In this document: piece by piece, positions 28,101 to 38,329 of the stretch
Position numbering within the stretch: position 1 is the stretch's first letter
How the letters are laid out: every line of letters starts with the position of its first letter
Position numbers and translations under genes: made by a program
Notes under the pieces: generated by a model
Told to the model about the DNA's origin: nothing
The model's input: only the letters and a program-made list of their open reading frames with translations
Database searches by the model: none
Assembly (NCBI GenBank): GCA_023259065.1
Contig: JAHFQY010000003.1
Location: 34,043-98,042 of the forward strand
Reading direction: 5' to 3'
DNA: 64,000 bases
From: Nitrosomonadales bacterium
GTDB taxonomy: Bacteria > Pseudomonadota > Gammaproteobacteria > Burkholderiales > Gallionellaceae

Positions 28101-30726
28101 ATTGCAAAGCAGTGCGATAGAAGATTTCAAACTGGCAGATCTGGAGCTTCCCGCTGCAGCAACCGAAGCAGGGCTGCATGCAGAACCCGCCACCGAGTTT
28201 GAGCTGGCGCTACAGCCTGAACAGATGGAAACGGAATTTCTGCCAGAAATTGCCCCCGTCGAACAGCTGGTGGCCGAGATGCCTGCCGAGCCAGAGGCCG
28301 CAGCAGAACCAGGGGCGGCAGCAGAAGTGGAACAGCTGGATGAGCTGATTGCGGTTGCGCATGCCGAAGAAGAATTGCTGCGCGCCCAGCAAACCCCCAA
28401 ACATCGCACCGTGCAGGACGATCTGGATGAGCAATTGCTGCCCATCTTTCTGGAAGAGGCGGATGAGCTTTATCCGCAGATCAGCAATGAAATGCACGCC
28501 TGGCGCGAACAACCTGAAGCTTCAAGCGAAGCACTCAAGTATGCGCGCAATCTGCAGCGCAGCCTGCACACGCTGAAGGGCAGTGCGCGCATGGCGGGCG
28601 CGATGCGTCTGGGTGAGCTGACACATCGCGTGGAAGATTGCCTGGAAAAGGTTCTGGCTGGCGGCCAGCAAGATGCGGCCCAGATGGACGAGCTGGACAA
28701 TTATTTCGATCGCATCGCCAACGCGCTGGAACAGCTGCGCCAGGGGAAAGCTGTCGAGGCGCTGGAGCCGGAAGCAGAAGCTGTCGCGAAAGAGCGTGTT
28801 GCCTCCGAGCAGCCGGCGGCAGCCAAGGTTGCCGAGACAATTCAGCCCATACGCAAGGTGGCCCAGCAGCTTGAGGCGCAGGCGGAAAAGCAGGCTGAGA
28901 GTATTGAGGAACGCGGCGCCGCGGCCATGTTGCGCGTGCGCTCGGATGTGGTGGATACCCTGGTAAACGAGGCCGGCGAAATCAGCGTGGCGCGCTCGCG
29001 CATCGAGATTGAATTGCGCGCGTTCAAGGACGGCTTGCTGGAGCTGACTGACAGCGTGAACAATATGCGCAAGCTGGTGCGCGAGATCGAGATTCACGCC
29101 GAGGGCCAGATGCAGGCCCGCGTTACCGTGGCCGGAGACAGTGCGGAGAAATTCGACCCGCTGGAGTTCGACCGCTTTACCCGCTTCCAGGAATTGACAC
29201 GCTTTATGAACGAAGGCGTGCACGACGTGCAGACCGTTCAGCAGACCCTGCTGAAAAATATGGACGAGACTGCCAAGGCGATGTCCGCGCAGGCTCACCT
29301 CAACCGCGAGTTGCAGCAGACGCTGATGTCGATACGCATGTTGCCGTTCTCCAGCATCAGCCAGCGTCTGTACCGCATCGTGCGGCAAACCGGCAAGGAG
29401 CTGAACAAGAAGGTCAACCTGGAATTGCGCGGCACTGAGGTTGAGCTGGATCGCAGCGTGCTGGAAAAAATGACGGCGCCGTTCGAACACCTGCTGCGCA
29501 ACTCCATCGTGCACGGACTGGAAGACGCCGCCCAGCGCGAGGCAAAAGGCAAGCCGCCGCTGGGCAATATCGCGCTGTCACTGCGTCAGGAAGGCAATGA
29601 GGTCGTGTTTGAATTTATCGACGACGGCGCCGGATTGAATTTGCCCAAGTTGCGCCAGAAGGGTCTGGAGCGCGGCTTGTTGCAGCAGGGGGAAACCTTC
29701 AGTGACGAGCAGCTGATGCAACTGATATTTGCCACCGGCCTGTCGACTGCATCGGAACTCACCGAGATCTCCGGCCGTGGTGTGGGTATGGACGTGGTGC
29801 GCAGCGAAATCATGAGCTTGGGCGGGCGCATTGATGTGTTCTCGGAAACCGGCAAGGGCACGCGTTTCGTGATTTACCTGCCATTGACTCTGGCGGTGAT
29901 GAAAACGCTGACCGTGCGTGCGGTGCAGCAAATATACGCAATTCCATCAGTGATGGTGGAACAGGTGCAGCAGATCAAGCCGTCTGCACTGGAAGCGCTG
30001 TACCGCGAAGGCCGTGTCGAGTGGCAGGACAAAATCTATCCGCTGCACTACCTGCCCAGCCTGCTGGGCGACTACGAGCACATGCCGGAAATCAAACCGT
30101 ATAACGCGGTACTGTTGCTGCGCAGCGGCGAGCAGCGCATGGCGTTGCATCTGGATGAGCTGCTGGGTAATCAGGAGGTGGTGGTCAAGAACATCGGCCC
30201 GCAACTGGCGCGCCTGCCCGGCATCGCCGGCGCCACGGTGCAGGGTGACGGCAGGGTGGTGTTGATCCTGAATCCGGTGCAGTTGCTGCAACAGGTCGAG
30301 ACTACGCATGAAGTCACTCCTGCGGCAGTAGTGGAACCGGTGCACCGCACACCCGTGGTGATGGTGGTGGATGATTCGCTTACCGTGCGCAAGATTACGA
30401 CGCGTCTGCTCGATCGCGCCGGCTATCAGGTGGTAACGGCAAAAGATGGCGTGGATGCGCTGGAACAACTGGTCGACATGACGCCCGACTTGATGTTGCT
30501 GGATGTGGAAATGCCGCGCATGGACGGTTTTGAGCTGACCAAGCAGTTGCGCCGTGAGCCCAAGACGCTGCTGATGCCCATCATCATGATTACCTCACGC
30601 ACGGCTGACAAGCACAAGAACTACGCCCTTGAGCTGGGGGTGGATGAGTATCTGGGCAAGCCCTACCAGGAAGAAGAACTGCTGGAGAATATTGCGCGCC
30701 TGCTCTCGGCTCGCGCCGCCGCATAA
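25156..30726 (+). CDS. chpA: ChpA/PilL hybrid CheA-type histidine kinase with multiple Hpt domains and C-terminal receiver
   Basis: 1856 aa. Several Hpt-like modules (for example FHTLKGSGRMVGL and LHTLKGSARMAGA), an acidic Pro/Glu/Ala linker, a CheA dimerisation and HATPase core (DDGAGL, GRGVGMDVV), a CheW-like domain and REC (MVVDDS...DVEMPRMDG...KP). Confidence 0.9.
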   Translation: MVDTRQFNSLPLLSAKHGLDSSLSIVGSELETYFSEGVAGSQHLQDALAELHRVTGVLRMLSLDGVAVFSNEFENALNEIKSQQQAPSAMQREVVLGAMQALTYYLDALASGASNTALRLFYTYQELHQLRGLESAFEVDLFFPDLDVTLPASVMEAPAGNDAQAQIKTSRAQYQQALLKWLRQDSPIDALRTMRAAVMTVMSCVPQNQERAFWWIAAGLLDCLILDGLPPELSAKKLLGRIDLQMKSLADHGRADEYAATCEMLYMLARSHSVNDTVESIKQVYALSSYLPEAPPLPPGETAQVLEQMRHHLNTTQEILERYVKGDAATSQAFTEHLERLYALSEQLDPNTLQFLCKQMYAAVSHPDDPDAVHNIMSDMTMGLLLLANGIEHYLILGNNFHEQVRIIGQRLQAAADLAPLDEESMDNLIALHCQGAEHEVLIPLASEMKNNMQQVELILSAFFNDNGKRAELAPLRRQLSQVHGGLYILGLATPARLMSGLLQCIERYIGGGNPAATEMHNVASAVSALDAYVNDLAQGQKSDSSAMEPLVEALHTEQAPVAEEEAPAAAIAPVGVSVREGGEDDELLEVFLEEAQEVLETLHANLLACQDNPHNRESLITIRRGFHTLKGSGRMVGLTNLGEVAWALEKAMNKWLQEEKPATPALLEMIGDAEVLFEHWVDRLRTGATALIDTVALLAAAQRIENGVEVEIPVAKAVVPEKIEELETIATEPEVQAQPAPEPEGVLIGAVTISPVLFKIATEEAASNVAALQRQAAELRAAEIPLVTYDSMRAAHTLAGINRTMGIKQIAELASAFELWLQTHLDGPATLDEEKLALLDQTVARLDEMNQQLRSMQEPQAQAELIAQLQASKIQAAASAEQVKPAELAAANDTEGLALALDALQFGQEEAEPEKINFAELELMAPEEDKALDWQLPVTHDRELEPVALEPLTEPQTQAEAETAFSFKLPEIEQEPESPGLLQSSAIEDFKLADLELPAAATEAGLHAEPATEFELALQPEQMETEFLPEIAPVEQLVAEMPAEPEAAAEPGAAAEVEQLDELIAVAHAEEELLRAQQTPKHRTVQDDLDEQLLPIFLEEADELYPQISNEMHAWREQPEASSEALKYARNLQRSLHTLKGSARMAGAMRLGELTHRVEDCLEKVLAGGQQDAAQMDELDNYFDRIANALEQLRQGKAVEALEPEAEAVAKERVASEQPAAAKVAETIQPIRKVAQQLEAQAEKQAESIEERGAAAMLRVRSDVVDTLVNEAGEISVARSRIEIELRAFKDGLLELTDSVNNMRKLVREIEIHAEGQMQARVTVAGDSAEKFDPLEFDRFTRFQELTRFMNEGVHDVQTVQQTLLKNMDETAKAMSAQAHLNRELQQTLMSIRMLPFSSISQRLYRIVRQTGKELNKKVNLELRGTEVELDRSVLEKMTAPFEHLLRNSIVHGLEDAAQREAKGKPPLGNIALSLRQEGNEVVFEFIDDGAGLNLPKLRQKGLERGLLQQGETFSDEQLMQLIFATGLSTASELTEISGRGVGMDVVRSEIMSLGGRIDVFSETGKGTRFVIYLPLTLAVMKTLTVRAVQQIYAIPSVMVEQVQQIKPSALEALYREGRVEWQDKIYPLHYLPSLLGDYEHMPEIKPYNAVLLLRSGEQRMALHLDELLGNQEVVVKNIGPQLARLPGIAGATVQGDGRVVLILNPVQLLQQVETTHEVTPAAVVEPVHRTPVVMVVDDSLTVRKITTRLLDRAGYQVVTAKDGVDALEQLVDMTPDLMLLDVEMPRMDGFELTKQLRREPKTLLMPIIMITSRTADKHKNYALELGVDEYLGKPYQEEELLENIARLLSARAAA

Positions 30727-30752
30727 GCTGCAGCCGGTATGAAGGCTGCAGC
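30727..30752 (+). terminator. stem-loop immediately after the chpA stop
   Basis: GCTGCAGCC (30727-30735), 8-nt loop, GGCTGCAGC (30744-30752): a perfect 9-bp stem. There is no clear U-tract, so intrinsic-terminator status is tentative. Confidence 0.4.
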
Positions 30753-30793
30753 TGCAAATTGTTATCGCAGTACTGCAGGTTTACAATGGCGCC

Positions 30794-31354
30794 ATGTCTC
30801 AACTCGACCTCAGTAATCATTTCCTGATCGCCATGCCGGCGATGGCAGATCCCTTTTTTGTAAAATCACTCACCTATGTGTGCGAGCACAACGAGCAGGG
30901 TGCGCTGGGTCTGGTGGTAAACCGGCCCGTCAGCCTCACGCTGGGTGAGTTGTTCGAGCAGATCAAGCTGCCGCTCAATGCGCCGGACATGGAAGGCGTG
31001 CCCGTGCATTTTGGCGGCCCGGTGCAGACGGATCGCGGCTTTGTGCTGCACGAGCCGGCCGGTGAATGGCAATCCACCCTGAATATCAATGGCAAGATCG
31101 GGCTGACCACCTCCAAGGATATTCTGGAGGCGGTGGGTCAGGCCAGGGGACCGAAAAACCTGCTGGTGACTCTGGGATATGCAGGCTGGTCGCAGGGTCA
31201 GCTGGAGCACGAGATTTCGCAGAATGCCTGGCTCACCGTGCCGGCGACGGAACATATCCTGTTTGATCTTCCCGCGGAGGAACGGCTGGCAGCGGCCATG
31301 GCCTTGCTGGGCATAGACTATGCCTCGCTCTCGGAGGAATCGGGGCATGCCTGA
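30794..31354 (+). CDS. YqgE/AlgH family protein (UPF0301)
   Basis: 186 aa. [34 protein letters not shown]...GGPV is typical of the YqgE/AlgH family. Conserved neighbour of ruvX. Confidence 0.85.
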   Translation: MSQLDLSNHFLIAMPAMADPFFVKSLTYVCEHNEQGALGLVVNRPVSLTLGELFEQIKLPLNAPDMEGVPVHFGGPVQTDRGFVLHEPAGEWQSTLNINGKIGLTTSKDILEAVGQARGPKNLLVTLGYAGWSQGQLEHEISQNAWLTVPATEHILFDLPAEERLAAAMALLGIDYASLSEESGHA

Positions 31355-31817
31355 GGGCACTGCAAGCGCGATATCTGCGGAGATCCCCAAGGGAACATTG
31401 CTGGCATTTGATTTTGGCAGCAAGCGCATAGGCGTGGCAGTGGGCAATTCCATTGCCTGCACAGGACAGGCGCTTACCACCTTGCACGGCGAGCAGAATG
31501 ACCAGCGTTTTGCGGCGATCCTGGCGCTGATACAGGAGTGGCAACCGGTGGCATTGATAGTCGGCCTGCCCTGCAACGATGACGGAACGCCACACGAGAT
31601 GACCCGGCAATGCACGCGCTTTGCGAACCGCCTGAAAGGGCGGTTTAAATTGCCTGTCATCCTGGTGGATGAGCGTTATACTTCCGCCGCCGCCAGCTCG
31701 CAGCTGAGCGAAATGGGAGTGCGCGGCATCAAGCAGAAACCGCTGCTGGACCAGGTAGCCGCGCAACACATATTACAAGCCTATTTTGACGAACCCACCA
31801 TGGCGCTTATCGCATGA
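31347..31817 (+). CDS. ruvX: Holliday junction resolvase-like protein RuvX (YqgF)
   Basis: [19 protein letters not shown] and VDERYTS motifs. Start at the ATG at 31347. Stop overlaps the pyrB start. Confidence 0.85.
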   Translation: MPEGTASAISAEIPKGTLLAFDFGSKRIGVAVGNSIACTGQALTTLHGEQNDQRFAAILALIQEWQPVALIVGLPCNDDGTPHEMTRQCTRFANRLKGRFKLPVILVDERYTSAAASSQLSEMGVRGIKQKPLLDQVAAQHILQAYFDEPTMALIA

Positions 31818-32767
31818 ACAATCCACAACTGAACAAACACGGTGAGTTGCAACATCTGCTTTCCACCGAGGGCTTGCCCGCGCGCATCCTGACGGACATC
31901 CTCGACCGTGCGGCCGGCTTCGTGAATGTGGCCGAGCGCGGGGAAATCAAGAAGGTGCCCCTGCTGCACGGCAAATCGGTGTTCAACGTGTTTTTCGAAA
32001 ACAGCACGCGTACCCGCACCACCTTCGAGATTGCCGCCAAGCGCCTGTCCGCAGACGTGGTGAACCTGAACATCGGCTCCTCTTCGACCAGCAAGGGCGA
32101 GACCCTGCTCGATACCGTGGACAATCTGTGCGCCATGCACGCCGACATGTTCGTGGTGCGCCATGCACAGAGCGGCGCCGCGCACCTGATCGCCAAACAT
32201 GTGGCGCCGGAAATCAGCGTCATCAATGCCGGCGATGGACGTCACGCGCATCCCACGCAAGCCTTGCTGGACATGTTCACCATACGCCACTACAAAAAAG
32301 AATTTCACAACCTGCGCATTGCCATCGTCGGCGATGTCCTGCACTCGCGCGTGGCGCGCTCGCAGATACACGCGCTCACCACGCTGGGTGTGCCGGAGGT
32401 ACGCGTGATTGCGCCCAAGACTCTGTTGCCGACCGGCGTGGAAAAAATGGGTGTGCGCGTGTTTCACGATATGGTGCAGGGCTTGCGCGACGTGGATGTG
32501 GTGATGATGCTGCGCCTGCAGAATGAGCGCATGCAGGGTGCTGCGCTGCCCTCGGCGCAGGAATATTTCAAATACTACGGCCTGACCCAGGAAAAACTGG
32601 CACTGGCGAAAGAGGACGCCATCGTGATGCACCCCGGCCCGATGAACCGCGGCGTAGAGATAGATTCCAGCGTGGCCGATGGTTCGCACTCGGTGATCTT
32701 GCCGCAGGTAACCTTTGGCATTGCGGTGCGCATGGCGGTAATGAGCACGCTGGCGGGGGCAAAATGA
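31814..32767 (+). CDS. pyrB: aspartate carbamoyltransferase catalytic subunit
   Basis: 317 aa with [26 protein letters not shown] and HPGPMNRG signatures. Confidence 0.95.
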   Translation: MNNPQLNKHGELQHLLSTEGLPARILTDILDRAAGFVNVAERGEIKKVPLLHGKSVFNVFFENSTRTRTTFEIAAKRLSADVVNLNIGSSSTSKGETLLDTVDNLCAMHADMFVVRHAQSGAAHLIAKHVAPEISVINAGDGRHAHPTQALLDMFTIRHYKKEFHNLRIAIVGDVLHSRVARSQIHALTTLGVPEVRVIAPKTLLPTGVEKMGVRVFHDMVQGLRDVDVVMMLRLQNERMQGAALPSAQEYFKYYGLTQEKLALAKEDAIVMHPGPMNRGVEIDSSVADGSHSVILPQVTFGIAVRMAVMSTLAGAK

Positions 32768-34041
32768 ACATACACATCAAGAACGGACGTCTGATCGATC
32801 CGAAGAACATGGTGGACTCACTGCAGGATATCTACATCGCTTCAGGCAGGATCATCGCCACGGGCAAGGCGCCGGCCGGTTTTTCTGCGGACAAGAGCAT
32901 CGATGCCACCGGGCTGGTGGTTGCGCCCGGCCTGATAGACCTGGCAGCGCGACTGCGCGAGCCAGGCTATGAATACAAGGCCACGCTGGAGTCCGAGATG
33001 GATGCGGCCGTTGCGGGCGGAATTACCTCGCTGGCCTGCCCTCCGGATACCGATCCGCCGCTGGATGAGCCGGGGCTGGTGGAGATGCTGAAACATCGCG
33101 CGCGTGCGCTGAACCAGGCGCATGTCTACCCGGTGGGGGCGCTGACTTACGGCCTCAAAGGTGCGGAGCTCACCGAGATGGCCGAGCTAGCCGATGCAGG
33201 TTGCATGGCATTCAGCCAGGCCGATGCGGCGCTGACCGATACGCGCGTGCTGATGCGCGCGATGCAATATGCGGCCACCTTCGACTTTGGTGTGTGGCTG
33301 CGCCCGCAGGACAGCTTTCTGGCACGCAACGGCGTGGCGCACGACGGTGAAGTGGCCACGCGGCTGGGTCTGCCCGCCATCCCGGTGTGTGCCGAGACCA
33401 TCGCGCTGGCCACCATGCTGAAACTGGCGCGCGAGACGGGAGTGCGTTTGCACATAGGACGCATTTCCAGCGCCGAGGGTGTGGAGATGGTGCGTGAGGC
33501 GAAGAAGCAGGGGCTGCAGCTGACCTGCGATGTATCGATGAACCACACGCATTTGTCGGAAATGGATATAGGCTACTTCGACTCCAACTGCCACCTGATA
33601 CCGCCATTGCGCAGCCAGCGCGACCGCGCAGCACTGCGCGCGGGTTTGCTGGACGGCACCATCGATGCGATATGCTCCAATCATTCGCCGGTGGATGAAG
33701 ACGCGAAACAGTTGCCGTTTGCAGAAGCCGAGGCCGGTGCAACCGGCCTGGAACTGTTGCTGCCGCTGGTGCTCAAATGGGCCGGGCAGGAGAAAATTGC
33801 GCTGAGCGATGCAATCGCCAAGGTGACGGTTCAGCCTGCGCGCATACTTGCCGTGGATGCGGGCCACTTGACAGTAGGCGCCGCCGCCGACATCTGCATA
33901 TTCGACCCGGCCAGATACTGGAAGGTGGAGGCTGCAGCGCTGAAAAGCCAGGGCAAGAATACCCCGTTCCTGGGCATGGAGTTGCAGGGCAAGGTGCGCT
34001 ATACCCTGGTCAATGGTCAGCTGGTGTATCAAAGCGAGTAA
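32764..34041 (+). CDS. dihydroorotase-like protein, probably the non-catalytic PyrC' type
   Basis: 425 aa amidohydrolase fold. ATGA-coupled to pyrB. The canonical D-x-H-x-H metal motif position reads [13 protein letters not shown], so the His pair is absent. Confidence 0.75.
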   Translation: MNIHIKNGRLIDPKNMVDSLQDIYIASGRIIATGKAPAGFSADKSIDATGLVVAPGLIDLAARLREPGYEYKATLESEMDAAVAGGITSLACPPDTDPPLDEPGLVEMLKHRARALNQAHVYPVGALTYGLKGAELTEMAELADAGCMAFSQADAALTDTRVLMRAMQYAATFDFGVWLRPQDSFLARNGVAHDGEVATRLGLPAIPVCAETIALATMLKLARETGVRLHIGRISSAEGVEMVREAKKQGLQLTCDVSMNHTHLSEMDIGYFDSNCHLIPPLRSQRDRAALRAGLLDGTIDAICSNHSPVDEDAKQLPFAEAEAGATGLELLLPLVLKWAGQEKIALSDAIAKVTVQPARILAVDAGHLTVGAAADICIFDPARYWKVEAAALKSQGKNTPFLGMELQGKVRYTLVNGQLVYQSE

Positions 34042-34124
34042 GGTGCAAAATAGAAGCAACAGGGCGCGACAGGTTTTATCCCGCGCCCATGGCATTACCC
34101 TGAAATTTAATTAGGTCTTTCTTC

Positions 34125-36188
34125 ATGAACCCATTGCTAGATTTTTCCGGCCTGCCGCGTTTCGCGGAGGTCAGGCCAGAACACGTTACGCCTGCGGTAG
34201 AGCAGTTGCTGCAGCATAACCGCGAGGTGGTCGAGAAGCTGCTGGCAGACAAGACTGCTCCAACATGGGAAAATTTTGTCTTGCCGCTGGATGACGCCAA
34301 CGAGCAGGTTTCTCGCGCCTGGGGCCAGGTCAGCCATTTGAATGCGGTGATGAACAGCCCGGAGTTGCGCGAAGCGTACAACAGCAACTTGCCCGGCATC
34401 ACCCAATATTACGCAGAGCTGGGGCAGAACCCGGCCTTGTATGCAAAGTACAAGGCGCTGCGCGCCAGCCCGGCGTTTGCACAGTTGAGTGCAGCGCGCA
34501 AAAAAAAAATAGAAAACGAGTTGCGCGATTTTCGCCTGAGCGGCGCAGAGTTGCCGGATGACAAGAAGGCGCGCTTTCTGCAAATACAGGAAGAGATGTC
34601 GGCGCTGTGTTCGCGCTTCAGCGACAACATACTCGATGCCACCAATGACTATACCGTGCTGATCGAGGACGACACTGAGCTGACCGGCATTCCGGCTGAT
34701 GACCTGCAGGCAGCGGCAGAAGCAGCACAGACGGCAGGGAAAAGCGGCTGGCTGTTTACCTTGAAAGCCCCGTCATACATGCCGGTCATGCAGTATGCAG
34801 ATAATCGTGCACTGCGCGAGAGGATGTATGAGGCCTACAGCAAACGCGCGAGCGAATTCGGCAAACCGGAATTGGACAATACACCCCTGATCTCGCAAAT
34901 CCTGAAATTGCGGGCAGAGGAAGCTCAGTTGCTGGGTTACACCAACTACGCCGAGTTATCGCTGGCCAGCAAGATGGCCAACACGCCGCAACAGATACTG
35001 GAATTCCTGCGCCAGCTCGCGCAGCAGGCACGGCCCCATGCGGAAAAAGATCTCGCCGAGTTGCGCGATTTCGCCCGCACACAACTCGTGCTGGCTGACA
35101 TGCAGCCATGGGATACGGCTTATGTAAGCGAGAAGTTGCGCGAACAACGCTATGCGTTTTCGGAGCAGGAGGTGAAGCAGTATTTTCCTGAAGACGCGGT
35201 GCTAGCAGGAATGTTCAAGGTGGTGCAGAGCATTTACGGCTTGAGCATGAAGCCGGCCAGTGCGCCGGTGTGGCACGAGACGGTGAAGTTTTTCGACATG
35301 CACGATGCCGACAACAAGCTGATCGGCCAGTTTTATGTTGACCTCTATGCGCGCGGCAGCAAGCGTGGTGGTGCATGGATGGATGACGCGATGACGCGGC
35401 GCAGGGTGGCCCCCAGCATCCACGTGCCAAGCGGCATACAAACCCCCGTGGCCTATTTGAACTGTAATTTTGCCCCGCCCGTGGGTGGCAAGCCCGCGCT
35501 GTTTACCCATGATGAAGTCATTACGTTATTCCATGAATTCGGCCATGGCTTGCATCATTTGCTCACCGAGGTTGAGGACATGGGCGTATCAGGTATCAGC
35601 GGGGTAGAGTGGGACGCAGTGGAGCTGCCCAGCCAGTTCATGGAAAATTTTTGCTGGGAGTGGGATGTGCTGGGCAGCATGACGCGCCAAGTCGACAGCG
35701 GCAACAAACTGCCGCGAGAGTTGTTTGACAAGATGCTGGCGGCAAAGAATTTCCAGATAGGCATGCAAACCTTGCGCCAGATAGAATTTTCCATCTTCGA
35801 CATGCGCGCGCACAGCGACTTCGATGCGCAAGGCAATAAAACCGTGCTGCAACTGCTGGATGAAGTGCGCAAGGAAGTTGCCGTGCTGATGCCACCAGCG
35901 TACAACCGCTTTCCCAACAGCTTTTCACATATATTTTCGGGCGGCTATGCTGCAGGCTATTACAGCTACAAATGGGCCGAAGTGTTGTCAGCCGACGCAT
36001 ACAGCCTGTTTGAAGAGCATGGCATACTGAATGCGGAAATTGGCGAGCGTTTCCGCAAGGAGGTGCTGGCAGTGGGTGGCAGCCGTGATGCCATGGCGTC
36101 ATTTATTGCGTTTCGTGGACGCGAGCCCAGTATCGACGCACTGCTGCGGCATAATGGTTTGATTGAAAGCAAGTCAGTTCATCGTTAA
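34125..36188 (+). CDS. prlC: oligopeptidase A (M3 family zinc metallopeptidase)
   Basis: 687 aa with the HEFGHGLHH zinc motif and full-length M3 architecture. Confidence 0.9.
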   Translation: MNPLLDFSGLPRFAEVRPEHVTPAVEQLLQHNREVVEKLLADKTAPTWENFVLPLDDANEQVSRAWGQVSHLNAVMNSPELREAYNSNLPGITQYYAELGQNPALYAKYKALRASPAFAQLSAARKKKIENELRDFRLSGAELPDDKKARFLQIQEEMSALCSRFSDNILDATNDYTVLIEDDTELTGIPADDLQAAAEAAQTAGKSGWLFTLKAPSYMPVMQYADNRALRERMYEAYSKRASEFGKPELDNTPLISQILKLRAEEAQLLGYTNYAELSLASKMANTPQQILEFLRQLAQQARPHAEKDLAELRDFARTQLVLADMQPWDTAYVSEKLREQRYAFSEQEVKQYFPEDAVLAGMFKVVQSIYGLSMKPASAPVWHETVKFFDMHDADNKLIGQFYVDLYARGSKRGGAWMDDAMTRRRVAPSIHVPSGIQTPVAYLNCNFAPPVGGKPALFTHDEVITLFHEFGHGLHHLLTEVEDMGVSGISGVEWDAVELPSQFMENFCWEWDVLGSMTRQVDSGNKLPRELFDKMLAAKNFQIGMQTLRQIEFSIFDMRAHSDFDAQGNKTVLQLLDEVRKEVAVLMPPAYNRFPNSFSHIFSGGYAAGYYSYKWAEVLSADAYSLFEEHGILNAEIGERFRKEVLAVGGSRDAMASFIAFRGREPSIDALLRHNGLIESKSVHR

Positions 36189-36206
36189 CTTTACAGGTAG
36201 ATCGAT

Positions 36207-36743
36207 ATGAAGAAATTCATGATGATTGCGGGAGTGTTGTCTGGCCTGATGAGTGTTGCACAAGCAGATTCATTATTTCGCTGGGTAGACAGCGAAGGAG
36301 CGGTGCATTACGGAGACAGACCTGCAACTGACGCCGTAAAGGTGGAGCCAAAAAAATTCACCGCTCCAGAAGTCCCGGATGACGGCATACTTCCCTATCA
36401 AACCCGCCGGGCAAAACAGAGTTTTCCGGTTACCTTGTACGTAACAGAGCGCTGCGGTGAGCCCTGCATGCAAGCGCGTGCATTCCTGAACAAGCGTGCA
36501 ATTCCCTTTGCCGAGAAAGTATTGGGATTGAAGGACGAGAATGATGAGTTCAGACGAATCTCCGGGAGTAACGTAATACCCACGCTTGCAATTGGTAAAT
36601 CATTTTTAAAGGGATTTGACTCAACACAATGGGGTAATGAACTGGATTTTGCGGGTTACCCCAAGGAAGCCTATTACGGTGCGCGGCCAATTCAGCCGGC
36701 GCCACAGAAAGAACAAGAAGAATCTTCGGTGCAAGCTGAATGA
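36207..36743 (+). CDS. DUF4124 plus glutaredoxin-like domain protein
   Basis: Signal peptide. LFRWVDSEGAVHYGDRP is the DUF4124 signature. VTLYVTERCGEPCMQARAFLNKRAIPF is a glutaredoxin-like CxxC fold. Confidence 0.7.
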   Translation: MKKFMMIAGVLSGLMSVAQADSLFRWVDSEGAVHYGDRPATDAVKVEPKKFTAPEVPDDGILPYQTRRAKQSFPVTLYVTERCGEPCMQARAFLNKRAIPFAEKVLGLKDENDEFRRISGSNVIPTLAIGKSFLKGFDSTQWGNELDFAGYPKEAYYGARPIQPAPQKEQEESSVQAE

Positions 36744-37498
36744 AAATTGCTACCTGGAATGTAAACTCGCTCAAGGTGCGCCTCGAGCAAGTACAAAATT
36801 GGCTAGCTGCAAATCAACCGGATGTCCTGTGCCTGCAGGAAACCAAAACCGAAGATGCAAAGTTCCCGCTGGCCAAAATTCAGGAGACTGGTTACCAGGT
36901 GGTGTATAGCGGACAGAAGACCTATAACGGTGTCGCCATCATCAGCAAACAGCCTGCAACGGACGTGCAATATGGTATCCCCGAATTTGCCGATGAGCAG
37001 AAGCGCGTGATCGCTGCTACGATCAGTGATGTGCGCGTCATCAACGTCTATATACCCAATGGGCAGAGTATCGACTCAGACAAATACCAATACAAACTGG
37101 CATGGTTGGCTGCATTGCAGTCATGGTTGAAGGATGAAATGCGGCGCTATCCCAAGCTGGTTTTATTGGGTGACTACAATATTGCACCGGAGGACCGTGA
37201 TGTGCACGACCCTGCTGCGTGGGTTGGCAATGTATTGGTGAGTGAGCCGGAGCGTGCGGCTTTCCAGGGTTTGCAGCAACTGGGTCTGCGCGATGCGTTT
37301 CGTCAGTTCGAGCAGGCTGAAAAGTCATACAGCTGGTGGGACTACCGCATGATGGGTTTCAGGCGCAACCAGGGGCTGCGCATCGACCATATTCTGCTCA
37401 GTTCGGCTATCACCTGCAGTTCATGCAGCATTGATAAGGCCCCGCGCAAACTTGAGCGTCCTTCGGATCACACGCCTGTGGTTGCCGAGGTTATCTGA
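36740..37498 (+). CDS. xthA: exodeoxyribonuclease III
   Basis: 252 aa. MKIATWNVNSL...CLQETK...GDYNIAP...SDHTPV are EEP nuclease motifs. Confidence 0.95.
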   Translation: MKIATWNVNSLKVRLEQVQNWLAANQPDVLCLQETKTEDAKFPLAKIQETGYQVVYSGQKTYNGVAIISKQPATDVQYGIPEFADEQKRVIAATISDVRVINVYIPNGQSIDSDKYQYKLAWLAALQSWLKDEMRRYPKLVLLGDYNIAPEDRDVHDPAAWVGNVLVSEPERAAFQGLQQLGLRDAFRQFEQAEKSYSWWDYRMMGFRRNQGLRIDHILLSSAITCSSCSIDKAPRKLERPSDHTPVVAEVI

Positions 37499-37534
37499 AA
37501 TGAATGAGCGGGCCAGTGGCCCGCTCATTCATTT
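37498..37534. terminator. bidirectional stem-loop terminator between convergent xthA and the OMP gene
   Basis: Perfect 17-bp stem AAATGAATGAGCGGGCC / GGCCCGCTCATTCATTT with a 3-nt loop. A/T runs lie at both stem ends. Confidence 0.75.
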
Positions 37535-37556
37535 CAATGGCTCTGTGGCCAGTAGC

Positions 37557-38210
37557 TTAGAAGGCGTAGCCGATACCCAGTGAGACAACAGGATAGAGTT
37601 TGATTTTTGCTAGATCCTGATCTAATTGTGCCTGTGCAGCTGCAACGTCATTGGCAGCTGCGCTAGCAGCGGAGCCAGTAACCGAGAGTTCGGATTTGGG
37701 TGAGCCGATAAACATCACGCCTATGTCTGATTTAAACGAGAAGCCGGTCTTGCTTGCGCGCCCACTCCAGCCGAAACCGATATAAGGTGCGACCTTGTTG
37801 AAGGTTACGTTAGCATTCAGGCTGGAAATCTGGCTGGTAAGGTATGTGGTGCCATTGATGGTGAAGGTAGATCCCACGGGAACAGCAGTCATCGTAAAAT
37901 CATTGTTATTGAAAATGATGCCGGCAGTCAGGTGGGTGTAACCTCCAAACACATGCCAGTCAGCCAACGCGGCTACGCTACCCAATTTGAAGGTGGCGTC
38001 ATAGTTGATCTGATCCTGGTTGGTCTGGAAAGTGTAATTGAGTTTGCTCAGGCTGATGCGTGCAGCCACATTTTCACTTAAGGGTAGGGAAAATCCGACG
38101 CCGGCGCCGATACTGGAAGCGTGCAGATCAATATCCACTCTGGCAGATTCGGCATGCGCAGCAAGAGGTAACAGGGTCAATGCGCTACCAAGCAAAATGA
38201 TGTTTCTCAT
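37557..38210 (-). CDS. small outer-membrane beta-barrel protein (OmpW/OmpA-barrel-like)
   Basis: 217 aa. Signal peptide MRNIILLGSALTLLPLAAHA, alternating hydrophobic beta-strand pattern, C-terminal GIGYAF. Confidence 0.7.
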   Translation of the reverse strand: MRNIILLGSALTLLPLAAHAESARVDIDLHASSIGAGVGFSLPLSENVAARISLSKLNYTFQTNQDQINYDATFKLGSVAALADWHVFGGYTHLTAGIIFNNNDFTMTAVPVGSTFTINGTTYLTSQISSLNANVTFNKVAPYIGFGWSGRASKTGFSFKSDIGVMFIGSPKSELSVTGSAASAAANDVAAAQAQLDQDLAKIKLYPVVSLGIGYAF

Positions 38211-38329
38211 GGGGGCTCCGAAATTGAATGCCGTGCTGATCAGGCATGAATATTGAAAATGAAATAAATCAACTTAAAGCAGGCGCATTTTGGCAGCTTT
38301 TCCCGTTTTGATCCATAGCAGGCAAAGTG

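Noticed and set aside
27300-28400. Repetitive-looking Glu/Pro/Ala-rich stretch, checked as a possible DNA repeat array or CRISPR
   Set aside because: It lies inside the continuous chpA reading frame. The repetition is at the level of amino-acid composition (an acidic linker), without regular direct repeats or spacers.
38270-38310. TGGCAG-containing sequence upstream of the OMP gene and downstream of ntrC, considered as a sigma54 promoter
   Set aside because: It lacks the -12 GC element at the right spacing, and its orientation would drive antisense transcription into ntrC.
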